From positions 8,441-72,440 of the forward strand of contig CALEFA010000078.1 of assembly GCA_937876775.1 (NCBI GenBank): DNA of 64,000 bases. The letters are read 5' to 3'. The stretch is from an uncultured Rhodobiaceae bacterium. Lineage in GTDB: Bacteria; Pseudomonadota; Alphaproteobacteria; RS24. The translations under genes were made by a program, and so were the position numbers. Shown here one piece after another: positions 30,028-40,155 of this stretch. Each line of letters begins with the position of its first letter. Position 1 is the stretch's first letter. The notes under the pieces were generated by a model, which was given only the letters and a program-made list of their open reading frames with translations, searched no databases and had not been told where the DNA came from.

Positions 30028-31485
30028 TTATTTTTTGATAATGCCGGCCAGCATTTTGCGGGTCTTCTCACCATATGGCGGGCGCAAGGCACCAGCAGCA
30101 AATTCAAATGGTGATTGACGGAACACTGTCTTGGCATGGCTGAAGTTAATAAACCCTTCCTTGCCATGGTATGAACCAGTGCCCGATGGACCAACGCCAC
30201 CGAATGGCGCGTCTTCTTGCATGATGTGGGTAATCACATCATTGACGGCAACGCCACCTGAGGTTGTTAAGTTAATGACGCGATTTTCTTCATTGCGATC
30301 ATCACCGAAATAATACAGGCCGAGCGGACGGTCATGGTCATTGACATAACCAATCGCATCATCAACCGTCTTGTAAGATTTTACCGGCAAAATTGGGCCG
30401 AAAATTTCTTCCTGCATCACCTTCATATCTTCGGTCGGCTCGATAATAATAGTTGGCGGAATTTTATGGTGCGGTTGCTGCGAGAAATCCTCATTGGCAG
30501 GATTAATTTCAACAATTTTCGCCCCTTTTTCACGCGCATCATCAAGATAGCTTTGCAGACGGTCATAGTGACGCTGATTGACCACAGACGTGTAATCGGC
30601 ATTTTCTTTCAGTGTCGGGAACATGGTTTCTACTGATTTCGTGGCTTCCGCGACAAAATCATCAACCTTGCCTTCCGGCACCATGACATAGTCAGGCGCC
30701 AAGCAGATTTGACCGGCATTCAAGGTTTTGCCCATCATAACCCGCGCCGCGGTTTTTGTCATATCAGCGGTTTCTGAAACGATAACTGGCGACTTGCCAC
30801 CCAACTCAAGGGTTACAGGCACCAGATTTTCAGCTGCCGCGCGCATCACATGGCTGGCAATCGCTGTCGCACCAGTGAACAGCAAATGGTCAAATGGCAT
30901 GCGTGAGAAAGTGGCGCCAGTTTCCGGGCCACCCAAAACCACAGCGACTTCGTCTTCGCTATAATATTTTTCGCAGAGTTCTTTGGTCAGCAAGGCACTG
31001 CGCACGGTGTATTCGGAAGGCTTGATGATTGTCCGGTTACCAGCGGCGAAAATACTGCCCATTGGGCCGAAGCACAAATTAAATGGGAAATTCCATGGCA
31101 CAACATTACCGACACAACCGAGCGGTTGATATTCGACACGTGTGCTGGCGCCCAGAACTCCCAATGGGAACATGGAGCTGCGTTTCGATGGTTTCATCCA
31201 TTTGCGAACATTGTGTTTAGCATATTTCAGAGCGCCCAATGTGCCGCCAACATCTGTTGCCAACGTGCCTTCTGGGCTACGATTGCCGAAGTCAGCGACC
31301 AAGGCGTCGACCATTTTATCGCCATTTTCGACCAGGAGAGCAATTGTCCGGTCAATCAGGTCAATGCGCCGTTCGGCCGTCATTGGGCCCTCAGCAATGT
31401 GAACTTTCTTTTGCAGCGCAACAAGGCGACGCATCTCTTCTTCTGACGTCTCCGGCAGATCAATCATGTTTTCAGCGGCACTCAT
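30028..31485 (-). CDS. aldehyde dehydrogenase (ALDH3 / coniferyl-aldehyde-dehydrogenase-like)
   Basis: 485 aa with AAGGAG upstream of the ATG. LELGGKSP, GQICLAPDY (catalytic Cys) and EEIFGPILPV. Confidence 0.85.
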   Translation of the reverse strand: MSAAENMIDLPETSEEEMRRLVALQKKVHIAEGPMTAERRIDLIDRTIALLVENGDKMVDALVADFGNRSPEGTLATDVGGTLGALKYAKHNVRKWMKPSKRSSMFPLGVLGASTRVEYQPLGCVGNVVPWNFPFNLCFGPMGSIFAAGNRTIIKPSEYTVRSALLTKELCEKYYSEDEVAVVLGGPETGATFSRMPFDHLLFTGATAIASHVMRAAAENLVPVTLELGGKSPVIVSETADMTKTAARVMMGKTLNAGQICLAPDYVMVPEGKVDDFVAEATKSVETMFPTLKENADYTSVVNQRHYDRLQSYLDDAREKGAKIVEINPANEDFSQQPHHKIPPTIIIEPTEDMKVMQEEIFGPILPVKSYKTVDDAIGYVNDHDRPLGLYYFGDDRNEENRVINLTTSGGVAVNDVITHIMQEDAPFGGVGPSGTGSYHGKEGFINFSHAKTVFRQSPFEFAAGALRPPYGEKTRKMLAGIIKK

Positions 31486-31590
31486 TTTACTATCTCCTTG
31501 AGTTATTGAAGCAAAAGTAAAACAAAATTAGCGCCTCTTGCCAATAGCTGATTTATCGCTAACCTAAGTGCAAATGAGTGGAGAGATTTA

Positions 31591-32430
31591 ATGAGTGAAA
31601 TTGTCACCCAAACCCTTTCAGATAGCGGTGTTTTAACGATTTGCATGAACCGGCCAGAGGTTCTCAATAGTTTGAACCGCGCCATCGTTGAAGATTTGGT
31701 CGCGGCGCTAAATGGCGCCAGCAATAATGACGAGGTGCGCTGCGTGATTTTCACGGGTGCCGGACGCGGGTTTTGTGCCGGCGCCGATTTGGCAAATGGC
31801 GGATGGCCGCGCGAAGAAGGCTGGACGCCGGGCGATGTGACCTGGAACAGCATGGAAACCGGTTATAATGTTCTTGGCCGCGCTTTGGTCAATTGCGATA
31901 AGCCGGTGATTTGCGCGGTTAACGGTGTTGCGGCGGGGGCTGGCGTCGGCTTGGCGCTCAGTGGTGACTTGACGATTGCCGCCCAAAGCGCCTCTTTTAA
32001 ATTAGTTTTCGGCCCGCAATTGGGCATTATTCCCGATGTCGGCGCCTCTTGGCATGTGCCGCAGTTGGTAGGGCGTGCCCGTGCCAATGGTTTGGCGCTT
32101 TTGGGCGACAGCTTGCCAGCTGAAAAGGCTGAGCAATGGGGGATGATTTGGGAAGTGGTGCCGGATGAACAGTTAATGGAAGCCGCTATGGCCTACGCCG
32201 AACGCATGGCCGCCAGCGCCATTACCGGCCTCAAAGCGGTATCGCGGGCGCATGATAAAGCGATGGAGAACAGCCTTGACGCGCAATTGGATTATGAGCG
32301 CGACATGCAACGCCATTATTGCAATCAACCGGTATTCTTCGAGGGCGTATCTGCCTTTATCGAAAAACGCAAACCGAATTTTAGAGATATTGAAACAGCG
32401 CAAATTAAGGCCGCACGGGAGAATAAATAA
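31591..32430 (+). CDS. enoyl-CoA hydratase/isomerase family protein
   Basis: 279 aa with crotonase-fold motifs FTGAGRGFCAGADL and AVNGVAAGAG. Confidence 0.85.
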   Translation: MSEIVTQTLSDSGVLTICMNRPEVLNSLNRAIVEDLVAALNGASNNDEVRCVIFTGAGRGFCAGADLANGGWPREEGWTPGDVTWNSMETGYNVLGRALVNCDKPVICAVNGVAAGAGVGLALSGDLTIAAQSASFKLVFGPQLGIIPDVGASWHVPQLVGRARANGLALLGDSLPAEKAEQWGMIWEVVPDEQLMEAAMAYAERMAASAITGLKAVSRAHDKAMENSLDAQLDYERDMQRHYCNQPVFFEGVSAFIEKRKPNFRDIETAQIKAARENK

Positions 32431-33233
32431 TGCAATTTGATCTTTTGACACTTGATATTGATGGCGACATTGCGACCATTACTTTCAATGACCCTGATAA
32501 TTTGAATGCCATGTCTTTGCCAATGTTGCAAAGCATTGACGCCGCACTTGATCATATTGACGGTGAAGATAGCCCAATTCGCTGTTTGATTTTAACTGGC
32601 GCTGGCCGTGGTTTTTGCGCTGGAGCCAATATTGGCGGCGACGGGCCAGTGCGTGAAACCCGCAGCAGCAATCGCAAGCCTGATGCTGGCGAAGGACTTG
32701 AAAAAGTCTACCACCCTATTTTGCGCCGTCTGCGCGCCCTGCCGTGCCCGATTGTTTCAGCGGTCAACGGCCCATGCGCCGGTGTCGGTATGAGTTTTGC
32801 CCTAATGGGTGACATGGTGATTGCAGGCAAGTCAGCGTTTTTCTTGCAAGCGTTTCGCGGCATTGGCTTAGTACCAGATGGTGGCGCGACTTATATTTTA
32901 CCGCGTTTGGTCGGCATGGCGCGCGCCAAGGAACTGGCTTTGATGGGCGAACGCCTGCCCGCCGAAACGGCGCTTGAATGGGGCCTCATCAACCGTGTTT
33001 ACGACGATGGCGCGCTGATGGATGAGGCCAAAAAACTGGCCACCACCATGGCCGAGGGGCCGTATTCTTTGAGCCTTATCCGCAATCTTTTGTGGAATAG
33101 TGTCGATGCGACCTATGAAGAGCAGTTGAATAATGAACGCTGGGCACAGCAAAAAGCTGGGTGGTCAAAGGACTTCGCCGAGGGCGTGAAAGCATTTAAC
33201 GAAAAACGCCCTGCCAAATTCACCGGTCAGTAA
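32430..33233 (+). CDS. enoyl-CoA hydratase/isomerase family protein
   Basis: 267 aa with a TAATG overlap with the previous gene. LTGAGRGFCAGANI and AVNGPCAGVG. Confidence 0.85.
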   Translation: MQFDLLTLDIDGDIATITFNDPDNLNAMSLPMLQSIDAALDHIDGEDSPIRCLILTGAGRGFCAGANIGGDGPVRETRSSNRKPDAGEGLEKVYHPILRRLRALPCPIVSAVNGPCAGVGMSFALMGDMVIAGKSAFFLQAFRGIGLVPDGGATYILPRLVGMARAKELALMGERLPAETALEWGLINRVYDDGALMDEAKKLATTMAEGPYSLSLIRNLLWNSVDATYEEQLNNERWAQQKAGWSKDFAEGVKAFNEKRPAKFTGQ

Positions 33234-33316
33234 TCAGCCAACTCAACCGACGACGCAGGAGGCCAAAAGCCCCAAAAAGCCAATTGCGAAGAAAATCACC
33301 AAATGAGGCATGGTGA

Positions 33317-34792
33317 TTATTCTTCGAGGCCGAGTTTTTGCATGACCAATTTATTGACTGCTTGCGGATTAGCTTTGCCGCCGGTCGCCTGCATCACCTG
33401 ACCGACGAACCAACCGGCCATTTTTGGCCGCTCGCGGGCTTGCTCTACTTTGTCGGGATTGGCTTGAATGACCTCATCAACCGCCGCTTCAATGGCGCCA
33501 GTATCAGTGACTTGTTTCAAACCTTTTTCCTCGACAATGACAGCCGGGTCTTTGCCCTGATCGGGGCCTTCTTCAAACATCAGCTCAAAAACTTCCTTGG
33601 CGATGCGGCTCGACACAGTGTCATTGCTTTGCAAATCGACCAATTGTCCAACTTGTTCGGCGCTGACCGGCGATTCCGAGATCGACAGACCGGCCTTATT
33701 GAGACCGGCGAAAACACTGCCGATGACCATATTGGCTGTTGCTTTGGCATCACGCCCGGCGGCGGCGGCTTCAAAGAAATCAGCATTCTCACCTTCCGAA
33801 ACCAAAACGCTGGCATCATAGGGCGACAGGCCATAATCGGCGATGAAACGGGCTTTTTTGTCGTCCGGCAGTTCCGGCAGGCTGGCAGCAATTGTGTCGA
33901 CGAATTCTTGCGAAAAGCTCAAGGGCAACAAATCCGGATCGGGGAAATAGCGATAATCATGCGCTTCTTCTTTTGAGCGCATGGAGCGTGTTTCGCCATT
34001 TTTCGGATCAAACAAACGGGTTTCCTGAGCGATGCTACCGCCATCTTCAATAATATCAATTTGGCGGCGTGCCTCGTGCTCAATGGCTTGGCCGATAAAG
34101 CGGATGGAGTTGACGTTTTTGATTTCGCAACGCGTGCCCAATGGATCGCCCGGTCGGCGCACCGATACATTGACGTCAGCCCGCAAACTGCCCTGCTCCA
34201 TATTGCCATCGCATGTGCCCAAATAGCGCAAAATAGCCCGCAGTTTTTTGACATAGGCCTGCGCTTCAGCGGCTGAGCGCATATCGGGATAAGAGACAAT
34301 CTCCATCAACGCCACGCCAGAGCGATTCAAATCAACAAAGCTCATGTTCGGATGTTGGTCGTGCAGCGATTTGCCCGCGTCTTGCTCAAGATGCAAACGC
34401 TCGATACGTACGGTTTTCACCTCGCCACCATCGAGGTCAATATCAATCACCCCCTCGCCAACAATCGGCTGCTGGAATTGCGAAATTTGATAACCCTGCG
34501 GCAAATCCGGATAGAAATAATTCTTCCGGTCAAATACGGAGTAATTGTTGATCTGGGCTTTCAAGCCAAGACCGGTACGCACCGCTTGCTCAACGCATTT
34601 TTGGTTGATCACCGGCAACATGCCCGGCATGGCCGCGTCTACCAGCGACACTTGCGTGTTCGGCTCGGCGCCAAATTCAGTGGCCGCCCCAGAAAATAAT
34701 TTGGCATTGGACGACACTTGCGCGTGCACTTCCAAACCGAGCACAATTTCCCAATCGCCCGTGGCTCCAGCAATAAGATTTTTATTCGTCAT
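33317..34792 (-). CDS. gatB: Asp-tRNA(Asn)/Glu-tRNA(Gln) amidotransferase subunit B
   Basis: ORF 33317..34807. ATG 34792 overlaps the gatA stop (ATGA). [13 protein letters not shown] and [13 protein letters not shown]. Confidence 0.95.
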   Translation of the reverse strand: MTNKNLIAGATGDWEIVLGLEVHAQVSSNAKLFSGAATEFGAEPNTQVSLVDAAMPGMLPVINQKCVEQAVRTGLGLKAQINNYSVFDRKNYFYPDLPQGYQISQFQQPIVGEGVIDIDLDGGEVKTVRIERLHLEQDAGKSLHDQHPNMSFVDLNRSGVALMEIVSYPDMRSAAEAQAYVKKLRAILRYLGTCDGNMEQGSLRADVNVSVRRPGDPLGTRCEIKNVNSIRFIGQAIEHEARRQIDIIEDGGSIAQETRLFDPKNGETRSMRSKEEAHDYRYFPDPDLLPLSFSQEFVDTIAASLPELPDDKKARFIADYGLSPYDASVLVSEGENADFFEAAAAGRDAKATANMVIGSVFAGLNKAGLSISESPVSAEQVGQLVDLQSNDTVSSRIAKEVFELMFEEGPDQGKDPAVIVEEKGLKQVTDTGAIEAAVDEVIQANPDKVEQARERPKMAGWFVGQVMQATGGKANPQAVNKLVMQKLGLEE

Positions 34793-36267
34793 TCGGCGCT
34801 CCACCAATCATCTGCACGTGCGGTAAACTGAGCGGCAGTTTCCAAAACCCCCGCAACGCGCAACAAATCTTCTTCTCCGAAGGTTTTGCCGATTAATTGC
34901 AAACCCAGCGGCAAACCTTTTGCGTCAACACCGGCGGGTACAGAAATGCCTGGCAAGCCAGCCAGATTTCCGGTCACGGTGAAGACGTCATTAAGATACA
35001 TTTCCAAGGGGTCGTCGGATTTTTCGCCAATTGCAAAGGCAGATGACGGCGTTGTCGGCGTCAGCACGACATCGCATTTTTCATAAGCCTTGGTGAAATC
35101 TTCGGCTATCAGACGGCGCACTTGCAAGGCTTTCACATAATAGGCGTCATAGTAACCAGCCGATAGCGCATAAGTGCCAATCATAATCCGGCGGATAACC
35201 TCATCGCCAAAACCAGCGGCGCGGGTTGAGGCATACATATCATCAATGTCTTTGCCAGCAACGCGCATGCCGTAACGCACGCCATCGTAACGCGCCAAAT
35301 TGGATGACGCTTCGGCCGGGGCGATAATGTAATAGGCGGGCAAAGCATATTTGGTATGCGGCAAGCTAATGTCGACAATCTCAGCACCGGCCTCGGTCAA
35401 CCAATCAATGCCCTGCTGCCATAAGGCTTCAATTTCAGACGGCATATTATCGACGCGATATTCAGCCGGTATGCCAACCCGCAAGCCTTTAATGTCACCG
35501 GTCAAAGCGGCTTCATAATCGGGCACGGTTAGGTTGACGCTGGTCGAGTCTTTGGCGTCATAGCTGGCCATGGAACTGAGCATAATGGCCGCATCACGCA
35601 CGGTTTGGGTAATCGGCCCAGCTTGATCCAGCGACGAGGCAAACGCCACCACGCCCCAACGCGAACAGCGACCATAGGTCGGTTTCAGACCGACTGTGCC
35701 CGTGAAAGCGGCGGGCTGGCGAATGGAACCGCCGGTGTCGGTGGCTGTCGCGGCAATGCCCAAACGCGCCGCCACTGCCGATGATGAACCGCCCGACGAT
35801 CCGCCCGGCACGAGGTGTTTTTGGTCGGCACCGCGCCACGGATTAATCACCGCGCCAAAGCGCGACGTTTCATTGGATGATCCCATGGCAAATTCATCAT
35901 TGTTCAATTTGCCCAGCATCACCGCGCCATCGGCCCATAGATTGCCGGTCACCGTGCTTTCATAAGGCGGTGTAAATTCGGCCAGAATATGGGAACATGC
36001 CGTGGTCCGCACGCCTTTGGTGCAAAATAAATCTTTAATGCCCAACGGAATACCTTCCAACGGACGGGCCTCACCCTGAGCAATTTTCGCATCGCTGGCG
36101 TCGGCCATTTCAAGGGCTTTTTCCGGCGTTTGCAAAACATAGGCATTGAGCTTTTCAGCCGCCGCCACGCGGTCAATATGGGCTTGCGTCAGCTCGCGCG
36201 CGGAAAATTGCTTGTCGCGCAACCCATCGCGGGCTTCGGCCAAATTCAAATCGGTCAGCTTGCTCAT
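34789..36267 (-). CDS. gatA: Asp-tRNA(Asn)/Glu-tRNA(Gln) amidotransferase subunit A
   Basis: 492 aa with the amidase signature [13 protein letters not shown]. Confidence 0.95.
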   Translation of the reverse strand: MSKLTDLNLAEARDGLRDKQFSARELTQAHIDRVAAAEKLNAYVLQTPEKALEMADASDAKIAQGEARPLEGIPLGIKDLFCTKGVRTTACSHILAEFTPPYESTVTGNLWADGAVMLGKLNNDEFAMGSSNETSRFGAVINPWRGADQKHLVPGGSSGGSSSAVAARLGIAATATDTGGSIRQPAAFTGTVGLKPTYGRCSRWGVVAFASSLDQAGPITQTVRDAAIMLSSMASYDAKDSTSVNLTVPDYEAALTGDIKGLRVGIPAEYRVDNMPSEIEALWQQGIDWLTEAGAEIVDISLPHTKYALPAYYIIAPAEASSNLARYDGVRYGMRVAGKDIDDMYASTRAAGFGDEVIRRIMIGTYALSAGYYDAYYVKALQVRRLIAEDFTKAYEKCDVVLTPTTPSSAFAIGEKSDDPLEMYLNDVFTVTGNLAGLPGISVPAGVDAKGLPLGLQLIGKTFGEEDLLRVAGVLETAAQFTARADDWWSAE

Positions 36268-36554
36268 TATTCTACAACTTTCGGAACAGCGAAATAATCA
36301 TCGTCGCGCTCTGGTGCATTGGCCAGAACATCAGCCGGATAGCCGCCATCGTTAATCACATCCTCGCGGCCCATCATGGTGGTTTCAACGGCACTGGTCA
36401 GAGGCTTAACGCCGGTTGTATCAAGCTCGGAAAGCTGCTCAACGAAGCCCAGAATAGCGCTCAATTCTTTGGCTAAGGCCGGCAATTGGGCGTCACTAAC
36501 CCCAATACGGGCAAGGGTCGCAATGCGGCGCGCCATTTTTTCATCTACAGACAT
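36267..36554 (-). CDS. gatC: Asp-tRNA(Asn)/Glu-tRNA(Gln) amidotransferase subunit C
   Basis: ORF 36267..36632. ATG 36554 (AAAGG upstream) gives a 95-aa protein starting [17 protein letters not shown], the normal GatC size. Confidence 0.9.
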   Translation of the reverse strand: MSVDEKMARRIATLARIGVSDAQLPALAKELSAILGFVEQLSELDTTGVKPLTSAVETTMMGREDVINDGGYPADVLANAPERDDDYFAVPKVVE

Positions 36555-36585
36555 TTTTGGACCTTTAATCGGTGGTATGCGGAAG

Positions 36586-36599
36586 GTTTCGCGCGAAAC
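36586..36599. promoter_or_regulatory. perfect 14-bp palindrome GTTTCGCGCGAAAC (parS-like half-sites)
   Basis: Read directly. It lies in the gatC/ruvX divergent spacer, 32 nt upstream of the gatC ATG. Confidence 0.3.
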
Positions 36600-36677
36600 T
36601 AGCAAAGCCGCGCCAGTGGTGCAACACGCCATTCACTTCTGCTATCGCTTTCTTTTGAGCTATGATAAACAAGCGCC

Positions 36678-37154
36678 ATGGCGATTATCGAAAATGCATT
36701 AGAGTTGACACCGCATATGAGCAAAGGCCAACGGCTGATGGGGCTTGATTTGGGCACTAAAACCATTGGCATGGCGACAGCCGATATTGACCATAAAATT
36801 GCCACCCCATTTGACACCATTCGTCGCAAAAAATTTGGCCTCGATGTCGTAGCGCTTGAAAAAGTGCTGATTGGCGAAAATATTGGTGGTTTGGTGATGG
36901 GTCTGCCGCTGAATATGGATGGCTCTGGCGGGCCGCGCGTGCAGGCGACAAAAGCTTTTGTTCGCAATTGTATCAGCCGCCAAAGCTTCCCTGATATTCC
37001 GATTTTATTCTGGGACGAACGGCTGTCGACAGCCGCTGTTGAACGCACGCTCATTGCCGCCGATACCTCGCGCGCCAAGCGCGCCACAGTGATTGATAAA
37101 ATGGCCGCCGCCTATATTTTGCAAGGCGTGTTGGATTTACTGAATCGCGATTAA
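36678..37154 (+). CDS. ruvX: Holliday junction resolvase-like nuclease RuvX (YqgF)
   Basis: 158 aa with LMGLDLGTKTIGMA and ERLST motifs. Confidence 0.9.
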   Translation: MAIIENALELTPHMSKGQRLMGLDLGTKTIGMATADIDHKIATPFDTIRRKKFGLDVVALEKVLIGENIGGLVMGLPLNMDGSGGPRVQATKAFVRNCISRQSFPDIPILFWDERLSTAAVERTLIAADTSRAKRATVIDKMAAAYILQGVLDLLNRD

Positions 37155-37226
37155 AAATGGTCAATTGGCACGGCATGCAAAACCACTTGCCAGAATCTCG
37201 CGCGAAGCCTATACAATGTGCTTTTA

Positions 37227-38198
37227 ATGGATAGTTCACAGGTCAAATTCACCTTCCCTCATCGAGACCTTCTCGGAATCGAAGGGCTATCTGTTTCAGA
37301 CATCACCGGTTTATTGGATTTATCTGACGCCTATGTGGCGCACAATCGCCAGCGCGATAAGAAAATGTCGACGCTGCGCGGACGCACACAAATCAATTTA
37401 TTTTTCGAAAGCTCGACACGGACGCAAAGTTCTTTTGAACTGGCCGGCAAGCGGCTTGGCGCCGATGTGATGAATATGAGCGTCGCCGCTTCGGCGGTCA
37501 ACAAGGGCGAAACATTGCTCGACACAGCAGTAACGCTGAATGCAATGAACCCTGATTTGCTGGTGGTGCGCCATGCCGACAGTGGCGCCGTGGCGTTGCT
37601 GGCGCAAAAAGTATCCTGCGCCGTTCTCAATGCTGGTGATGGAGCCCATGAGCACCCTACGCAAGCGCTGCTGGATGCGCTGACCATTCGCCGTCGCCTT
37701 GGCCATCTCGAAGGCCTGCGGGTGGCAATTTGCGGCGATATTGCCCATTCGCGGGTCGCCCGCTCAAATCTATTATTGCTCAATCGCATGGGCGCCCATG
37801 TGCATTTGATCGGGCCGCAAACTTTGCTGCCCTCAGGAGCCGAGCAATTAGGCGCCTCGGTGTTTACCTCTATGCGCGAAGGGCTGGAGGGCTGTGACAT
37901 TGTGATGATGTTGCGGGTGCAAAATGAACGCATGTCCGGTGCCCTCATCCCATCGGTAAGAGAATATTATCACCTCTATGGCCTGAACCGCGAAAAGCTC
38001 AGCTATGCCAAACCCGGCGCGCTGGTGATGCACCCGGGGCCGATGAACCGGGGCGTCGAAATTGATAGCGCCATCGCCGACGACACCGATATCAGCCTTA
38101 TTCGCGACCAAGTCGAGATGGGGGTTGCTGTGCGCATGGCGGTGCTGGAAGCGCTGGCGGCAAATTTAATCAGTGAGAGCGAGGTCAAAGATGACTGA
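37227..38198 (+). CDS. pyrB: aspartate carbamoyltransferase catalytic subunit
   Basis: ORF from GTG 37218; the first ATG is at 37227. FFE.STRT, HPTQ and a HPGP-containing loop. Confidence 0.95.
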   Translation: MDSSQVKFTFPHRDLLGIEGLSVSDITGLLDLSDAYVAHNRQRDKKMSTLRGRTQINLFFESSTRTQSSFELAGKRLGADVMNMSVAASAVNKGETLLDTAVTLNAMNPDLLVVRHADSGAVALLAQKVSCAVLNAGDGAHEHPTQALLDALTIRRRLGHLEGLRVAICGDIAHSRVARSNLLLLNRMGAHVHLIGPQTLLPSGAEQLGASVFTSMREGLEGCDIVMMLRVQNERMSGALIPSVREYYHLYGLNREKLSYAKPGALVMHPGPMNRGVEIDSAIADDTDISLIRDQVEMGVAVRMAVLEALAANLISESEVKDD

Positions 38199-39489
38199 CG
38201 CACCGTTTTATGCCTTTGTGAACGCACGGCTGATTGACCCTGTGCAAGACCGCGACGAAATTGGCGGCTTGTTAATTCAGGGTGATCGAATTGTCGATAG
38301 CGGGCCGGATATAATCATTCCAAGCGAAGCCGAAACCCTCGATTGCACAGGACTGACGCTGCTGCCCGGGTTGGTAGACATGCAGGTGTTCACCGGTGAA
38401 CCGGGCGAAGAACACCGCGAAACGCTGGCCACTGTGTCGCGCGCAGCGGCGGCTGGCGGGGTGACCAATTTGGCAATGATGCCCAACACCTCACCGGTGA
38501 TTGATGATGCGGCACTGGTCGATTATATTCTGCGCCGCGCCCGCGCCACTTCGATTGTGCGCATACATCCCATGGCGGCGATTACCAAAAACTGCGACGG
38601 CACGCATATGTCCGAGTTTGGCCTGCTGCAAGAAGCCGGTGCGGTTGCCTTCACTGATGGCGATAAAGCGGTGATGAACGCGCTGACCATGCGTCGGGCG
38701 CTTTCCTATGCCGCCAATTTCGACGCTTTGATTATGCAACATGCCATGGATGCCGATTTGCAAAGTGCTGGCGTCATGCATGAAGGCGAATTGGCCACGC
38801 GGCTGGGGCTGGCGGGTATTCCGGTGGCTGCCGAGACCGCTATTATTGACCGCGACCTGCGGCTTGTCGAACTGACCGGCGCGCGTTACCACATTGCGCA
38901 AATTTCTGCGGCTGATAGTGTCGCCACCATTCGCGCCGCCAAAGCGCGCGGACTGAACGTGAGCTGCTCGGTGTCGGCAACGCATTTAATGCTCAATGAA
39001 AATGACGTGGAAAGCTATCGCACATTCGCCAAATTGAACCCGCCGCTACGTAGCGAAGGCGATCGTCTGGCGCTGGTTGACGGCATTGCCGATGGCACGA
39101 TTGACGTGGTGGTGTCGGGCCATAACCCGCAAGACGCGGAAGCCAAACGTCAAACATTTGCCCAAAGCGCCTATGGCACAGTTGGCGTTGAAACGCTGCT
39201 GGCCGGTCTGCTGACCCTGCATCATACCGATGGCATTGAGTTGAAATCTTTACTGGCCACAGTGACCTCGCGTCCAGCCGAACTTTTGGGGCTGGAAGCC
39301 GGCTCATTAGAGGCCGGAAACAAAGCTGACTTCGCGCTTGTTGACCTCGACGCCCCATGGATTGTCGACGCGGATAACTTGCGTTCGAAGTCGAAAAATG
39401 CAGCCATTGATGGAAGAAAACTTCAGGGTGTTGTTGAAGCATGCTATGTTTCCGGCACGCGCGTGTTTGATCTGGGAGGACAAAAATAA
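38191..39489 (+). CDS. pyrC: dihydroorotase-like protein, probably the non-catalytic PyrC' partner of ATCase
   Basis: ORF 38173..39489. ATG 38191 overlaps the pyrB stop by 8 nt. It has an amidohydrolase fold, but the HxH metal site reads [10 protein letters not shown] and the catalytic-Asp motif reads SGHNPQ. Confidence 0.8.
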   Translation: MTDAPFYAFVNARLIDPVQDRDEIGGLLIQGDRIVDSGPDIIIPSEAETLDCTGLTLLPGLVDMQVFTGEPGEEHRETLATVSRAAAAGGVTNLAMMPNTSPVIDDAALVDYILRRARATSIVRIHPMAAITKNCDGTHMSEFGLLQEAGAVAFTDGDKAVMNALTMRRALSYAANFDALIMQHAMDADLQSAGVMHEGELATRLGLAGIPVAAETAIIDRDLRLVELTGARYHIAQISAADSVATIRAAKARGLNVSCSVSATHLMLNENDVESYRTFAKLNPPLRSEGDRLALVDGIADGTIDVVVSGHNPQDAEAKRQTFAQSAYGTVGVETLLAGLLTLHHTDGIELKSLLATVTSRPAELLGLEAGSLEAGNKADFALVDLDAPWIVDADNLRSKSKNAAIDGRKLQGVVEACYVSGTRVFDLGGQK

Positions 39490-40079
39490 TGAGCGAACAA
39501 CTTCTCTTGGTAATGAGTCTTGTCTTGGCCTATGGGCTTGGATCAATTCCGTTTGGCTTATTGTTTACCCGTTGGGCCGGACAAGGCGATATTCGCGATA
39601 TTGGTTCAGGCAATATTGGCGCCACTAATGTGTTGCGCACGGGCAATAAACTCGTCGCGCTTTTGACGCTGCTGGCCGACGCCGCAAAAGGCTTTGTCGC
39701 CGTGATAATTGCGTGGCGCCTAGTTGGCGACAATGTCGCCGCTATGGCCGCTTTGGCGAGCCTTATTGGCCATATTTTTCCGGTCTGGCTGACTTTCAAA
39801 GGCGGCAAAGGCGTTGCTGTGTTCATTGGCACCATGCTGATGCTCTCGCCTTTAGCTGGTCTTAACTTTTTGCTGTTATGGATTGTTGTCGCCATTATCG
39901 GGCGGCGTTCATCTTTGGCCGCTATTATCGCGTTTTTGGCAACACCGGCCTTGCTCTATGTTTTGGGCGAAATGGTAACAATGCAAGTAAGTTTGGTCAT
40001 GGTGGCCATTTCGCTATGGGCGCATAAGGAAAATATTTCACGTCTGCTTTCGGGAACGGAACCCAAAATCGGCCAATAG
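39489..40079 (+). CDS. plsY: glycerol-3-phosphate acyltransferase PlsY
   Basis: 196 aa with a TAATG overlap. GSGNIGATNVLR and FKGGKGVA. Confidence 0.95.
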   Translation: MSEQLLLVMSLVLAYGLGSIPFGLLFTRWAGQGDIRDIGSGNIGATNVLRTGNKLVALLTLLADAAKGFVAVIIAWRLVGDNVAAMAALASLIGHIFPVWLTFKGGKGVAVFIGTMLMLSPLAGLNFLLLWIVVAIIGRRSSLAAIIAFLATPALLYVLGEMVTMQVSLVMVAISLWAHKENISRLLSGTEPKIGQ

Positions 40080-40155
40080 GCATTTATCAGGTGACAGGCA
40101 AAAAGCCTGCGCGTAAATATCTCTAATAAGAACAATAATAATAAGGAGAGACGTT

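Noticed and set aside
16824-36678. A switch from mostly minus-strand genes (3.7-16.8 kb) to mostly plus-strand genes (36.7-52 kb), which could hint at a replication origin in between.
   Set aside because: No DnaA-box cluster (only a 7-of-9 match near 19708), no AT-rich unwinding element outside the foreign islet and no origin-linked genes (dnaA, hemE, parAB, gidAB) are present. GC skew cannot be judged reliably by eye.
37160-37200. TGGCA-containing sequences resembling sigma-54 promoters upstream of pyrB (TTGGCACGGCATGCAAA) and upstream of the TRAP operon (about 40-60).
   Set aside because: The -12 element TTGC is not at the required N5 spacing after TGGCAC. These look like short inverted repeats (TGGCA...TGCCA) only.
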